From Octopus vulgaris (lineage: Eukaryota): a stretch of 64,000 nucleotides of DNA. Position 1 is the first letter of the stretch; every line of letters starts with the position of its first letter. The stretch spans positions 194,308,001 to 194,372,000 of the forward strand of contig OX597814.1 in NCBI GenBank assembly GCA_951406725.2, written 5' to 3'. The translations under genes and the position numbers were made by a program. Positions 61,463 to 64,000 of the stretch are shown in pieces. The notes beneath the pieces are model-generated. The model ran no database searches and was not told where the DNA came from. It was given only the letters and a program-made list of their open reading frames with translations.

Positions 61463-63774
61463 ATGTCCAGAACCTGGAGAAGTAACGAATTGGCATTGTT
61501 CCTGAGAGCCTGGCAATGTGCTGACGGAGATAATCCGAACAACATAATTACAGCTGCGCTGAAGAGCAGTGGATATAAAAGGACAATAGCTCAGATAGAG
61601 CGAAAGAAGCAGGAGTTTATACGCTCCTATGCACTCATAAGATCTCACATTGGCACGCTTTATGCCATCTTCGACAATGAACAAAGTAAAGATGGCAAGG
61701 ATGGAGACGCGGTTGCTGATGAAAGAAGTCACCCCCACTTGGTAGACACCCAGGAAGAAGATTCAAGTGAGAAACCTGCCCGGGAAGTAAACCCAAGTGC
61801 AAGTGCTCCTACCAGCACCAAAAGCCATGGATATGAAAGAGCCAAAAAAGAAATAAAAGGAGGAAAAACTAAAAGAAAAACAGGATGAAACAGCCAAAGA
61901 AGGAAAAACTAAAACTCAAACAAAACCAAAAAATGAAACAGCCAAGGATAGAAGCAAACCTGACTATCAATGTACCAAAAAGGATAGAAACAGACAGCGC
62001 ACACGAATGTGTAAATTCTACCTGAAAGGTGTCTGCTGGCATGGAGAGGAAGGTGCAGGCTGCCGTTTTGCACATCAAAGACCCTGCCACAAAAACACGA
62101 AACAGGTCAGAAACCAACTATCAAAAGGAAAAGAGATGGACCATGCACCACCTGCCCCAAAACGGAGGTACGCAGATGTGGTGCGTGCCACAAACCGCCA
62201 ACATGTTGTTTAAAGGGCAGCTGCTGAACAAGAATCTTTTTTGTGCATGGCACAAAAGATTGTACAGCAGCTAACCTGGCTCCATCAAACTCAAACTCGC
62301 AGATGGGACTATCCACAATACACAAGACCACCACAGCAAATAGACCCAAGGTGGACACCGCCAGCAACAGCATACATCTCACCTCGATGCTCCTACTGAA
62401 CATCAGAGGACTGCTAACACTCAGTAACAGGACAAAAATCCCATTCTTGAGAGACTTTGTTGCATGCAATCAAGCCTTATGCATAGCACTTACAGAAACA
62501 CACCTGAAACCGGACATAGCAGATGCGGAAATACACATACCACAGTATGTTGTACTACGGACCGACAGAAAAGAAAGGAGTCATGGAGGAGTTGCTATGT
62601 ACATCCATGAGGACCTCACACTCCAGGTCCTTTTGTCATACTCAAATTCGGTGTGTGACACACTAATTGTACATATAAGGAAACTTGGTGTAGTTATATG
62701 TGCTACATATCGCCCTCCAGATGCCCCAAGCCATGTAGGCAAGTTTGAAGACTGCCTTATAAAAATAGAAGTTCTAGTCACATTAGAACACATAAGTGTA
62801 CTTCTTATGGGAGACCTCAATCTACCCAATGTCAGATGACCTTTCTCTCCCAGGAATGACACGATGTGAACGAGGACAGGCGTGGTCCCTCCTGAACCTC
62901 ATCAACACTCTGTACATGGAGCAAGTAATACTCCAACCAACCAGGGCAGGTAACATACTGGATCTCTGCTTCACAAATAATATGGATCTTATCCATAATG
63001 TGAAAGTGACACCGACACTACTCTCGGATCACAACATGGTAGAGCTGACCATGTACGGGCCAAAGGAAAGCATGAACATGCAGCCTACAAGAAACTCTCA
63101 GAATCTTTCCAGCTTGAACTTCCATAAGGCAAACTGGAAACAAATTGAGAAAGAGATCCTCAAACAAAACTGGCCTGAATGTCTATCCTCGCCAGACATC
63201 GACATGAAACTTCAACAATTCATGTCTGTAATGCAAGCCATATGCTACAAATTTGTCCCAGAGCAAAATCCCCAGAGAGAGGAAAATTCTAATGAGACGG
63301 CGTACAAAAGTTTTAAATCGCCTAAACAAACAAATTGAAAGCAGTTAAAAGTCCCACCTGAAAATAAAACTGTTGGAAATTGAAAAATGTCTGCAACTCT
63401 CCCATGAAAAAGAAAGAGCAGACAACATAAAATCTAACCCCAGAGCTTTCTACAGGTATGCCAAAGAAACAGCTACGGTGCACTGTAGGAAAGGGCCACT
63501 CCTTGAAAAGGATGGCACACTCACAGGAAATCCAATGAGGGTAAGTGAAATGCTAAATGAGCAATTCAAGAGTATTTTCACGCCACCCCTAGGGCATTTT
63601 CAAGTCAGCAATCCAACTGATTTCTTTACCACTGCAGATATAAAATCGGAGGCAGCAATGATTGATTACATCAATATAAAGGAAGACGATGTAATAAAGG
63701 CTATTGATGAAATGAAAACAAACTCAGCTACTGGCCCCGATGGATTCCCGGCAAGCGGAAAATACAATCCTTAA
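61463..63774 (+). mobile_element. CR1-group LINE, decayed: ORF1 region (CCCH finger), APE endonuclease and start of RT linker
   Basis: CKFYLKGVCWHG...CRFAH; LLNIRG, ALTETHL, RTDR..RSHGGVAMY, YRPP, MGDLN, PTRAGNILDL, SDH, KSNPRAFYRY, GPDG. Confidence 0.8.
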
Positions 63775-64000
63775 CTACGCGCTAAAAAGCTATTCAAAAT
63801 ATCCACATGACGTCTACTGACCAGCCTGAACAATAAGAATTTTCAACAACGCTATTTTCGAAAACTCCATACACCACCTACACCAACATTCATTCTAAAC
63901 ATTCACATGACCTCTCTATTATGACCACATTGACATGACTTCTTTATTATGACCAATAAGAAATTTTAGGCGCGATACCAGCCAAATTTTAACATCTCTG

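Overview
AT-rich, repeat-dominated animal genomic DNA. The SINE/RTE landscape and long (TA)n tracts suggest a cephalopod, probably Octopus; this is inferred from repeat recognition, not proven. The one clear host gene is a two-exon two-pore-domain (K2P) potassium channel (12316-12778 + 20886-21913, +, 496 aa). The rest is mostly transposon-derived: tRNA-SINEs, RTE-like and CR1-like LINE pieces, several Penelope-like elements, solo LTRs, non-autonomous Helitrons, piggyBac, pogo/Tigger, hAT and Merlin relics, a U6 copy and a 28S rRNA fragment. The most striking structure is 32761-42875. A ~360-bp, strongly self-complementary repeat unit carrying a minimal type I hammerhead ribozyme (retrozyme-like) has been hit repeatedly at one exact site (ATCACCAGCTGACC, duplicated at every junction). 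The inserts are L1/Tx1-type retroelements: ORF1-only ~1.5-1.7 kb elements and an ORF1+APE-ORF2 relative. A ~4 kb block of this array was later tandemly duplicated. Also notable are a U6-SINE chimera nested four levels deep and a template-switch-like inversion at 26.6-27.4 kb. All calls were made by eye; repeat boundaries are approximate.
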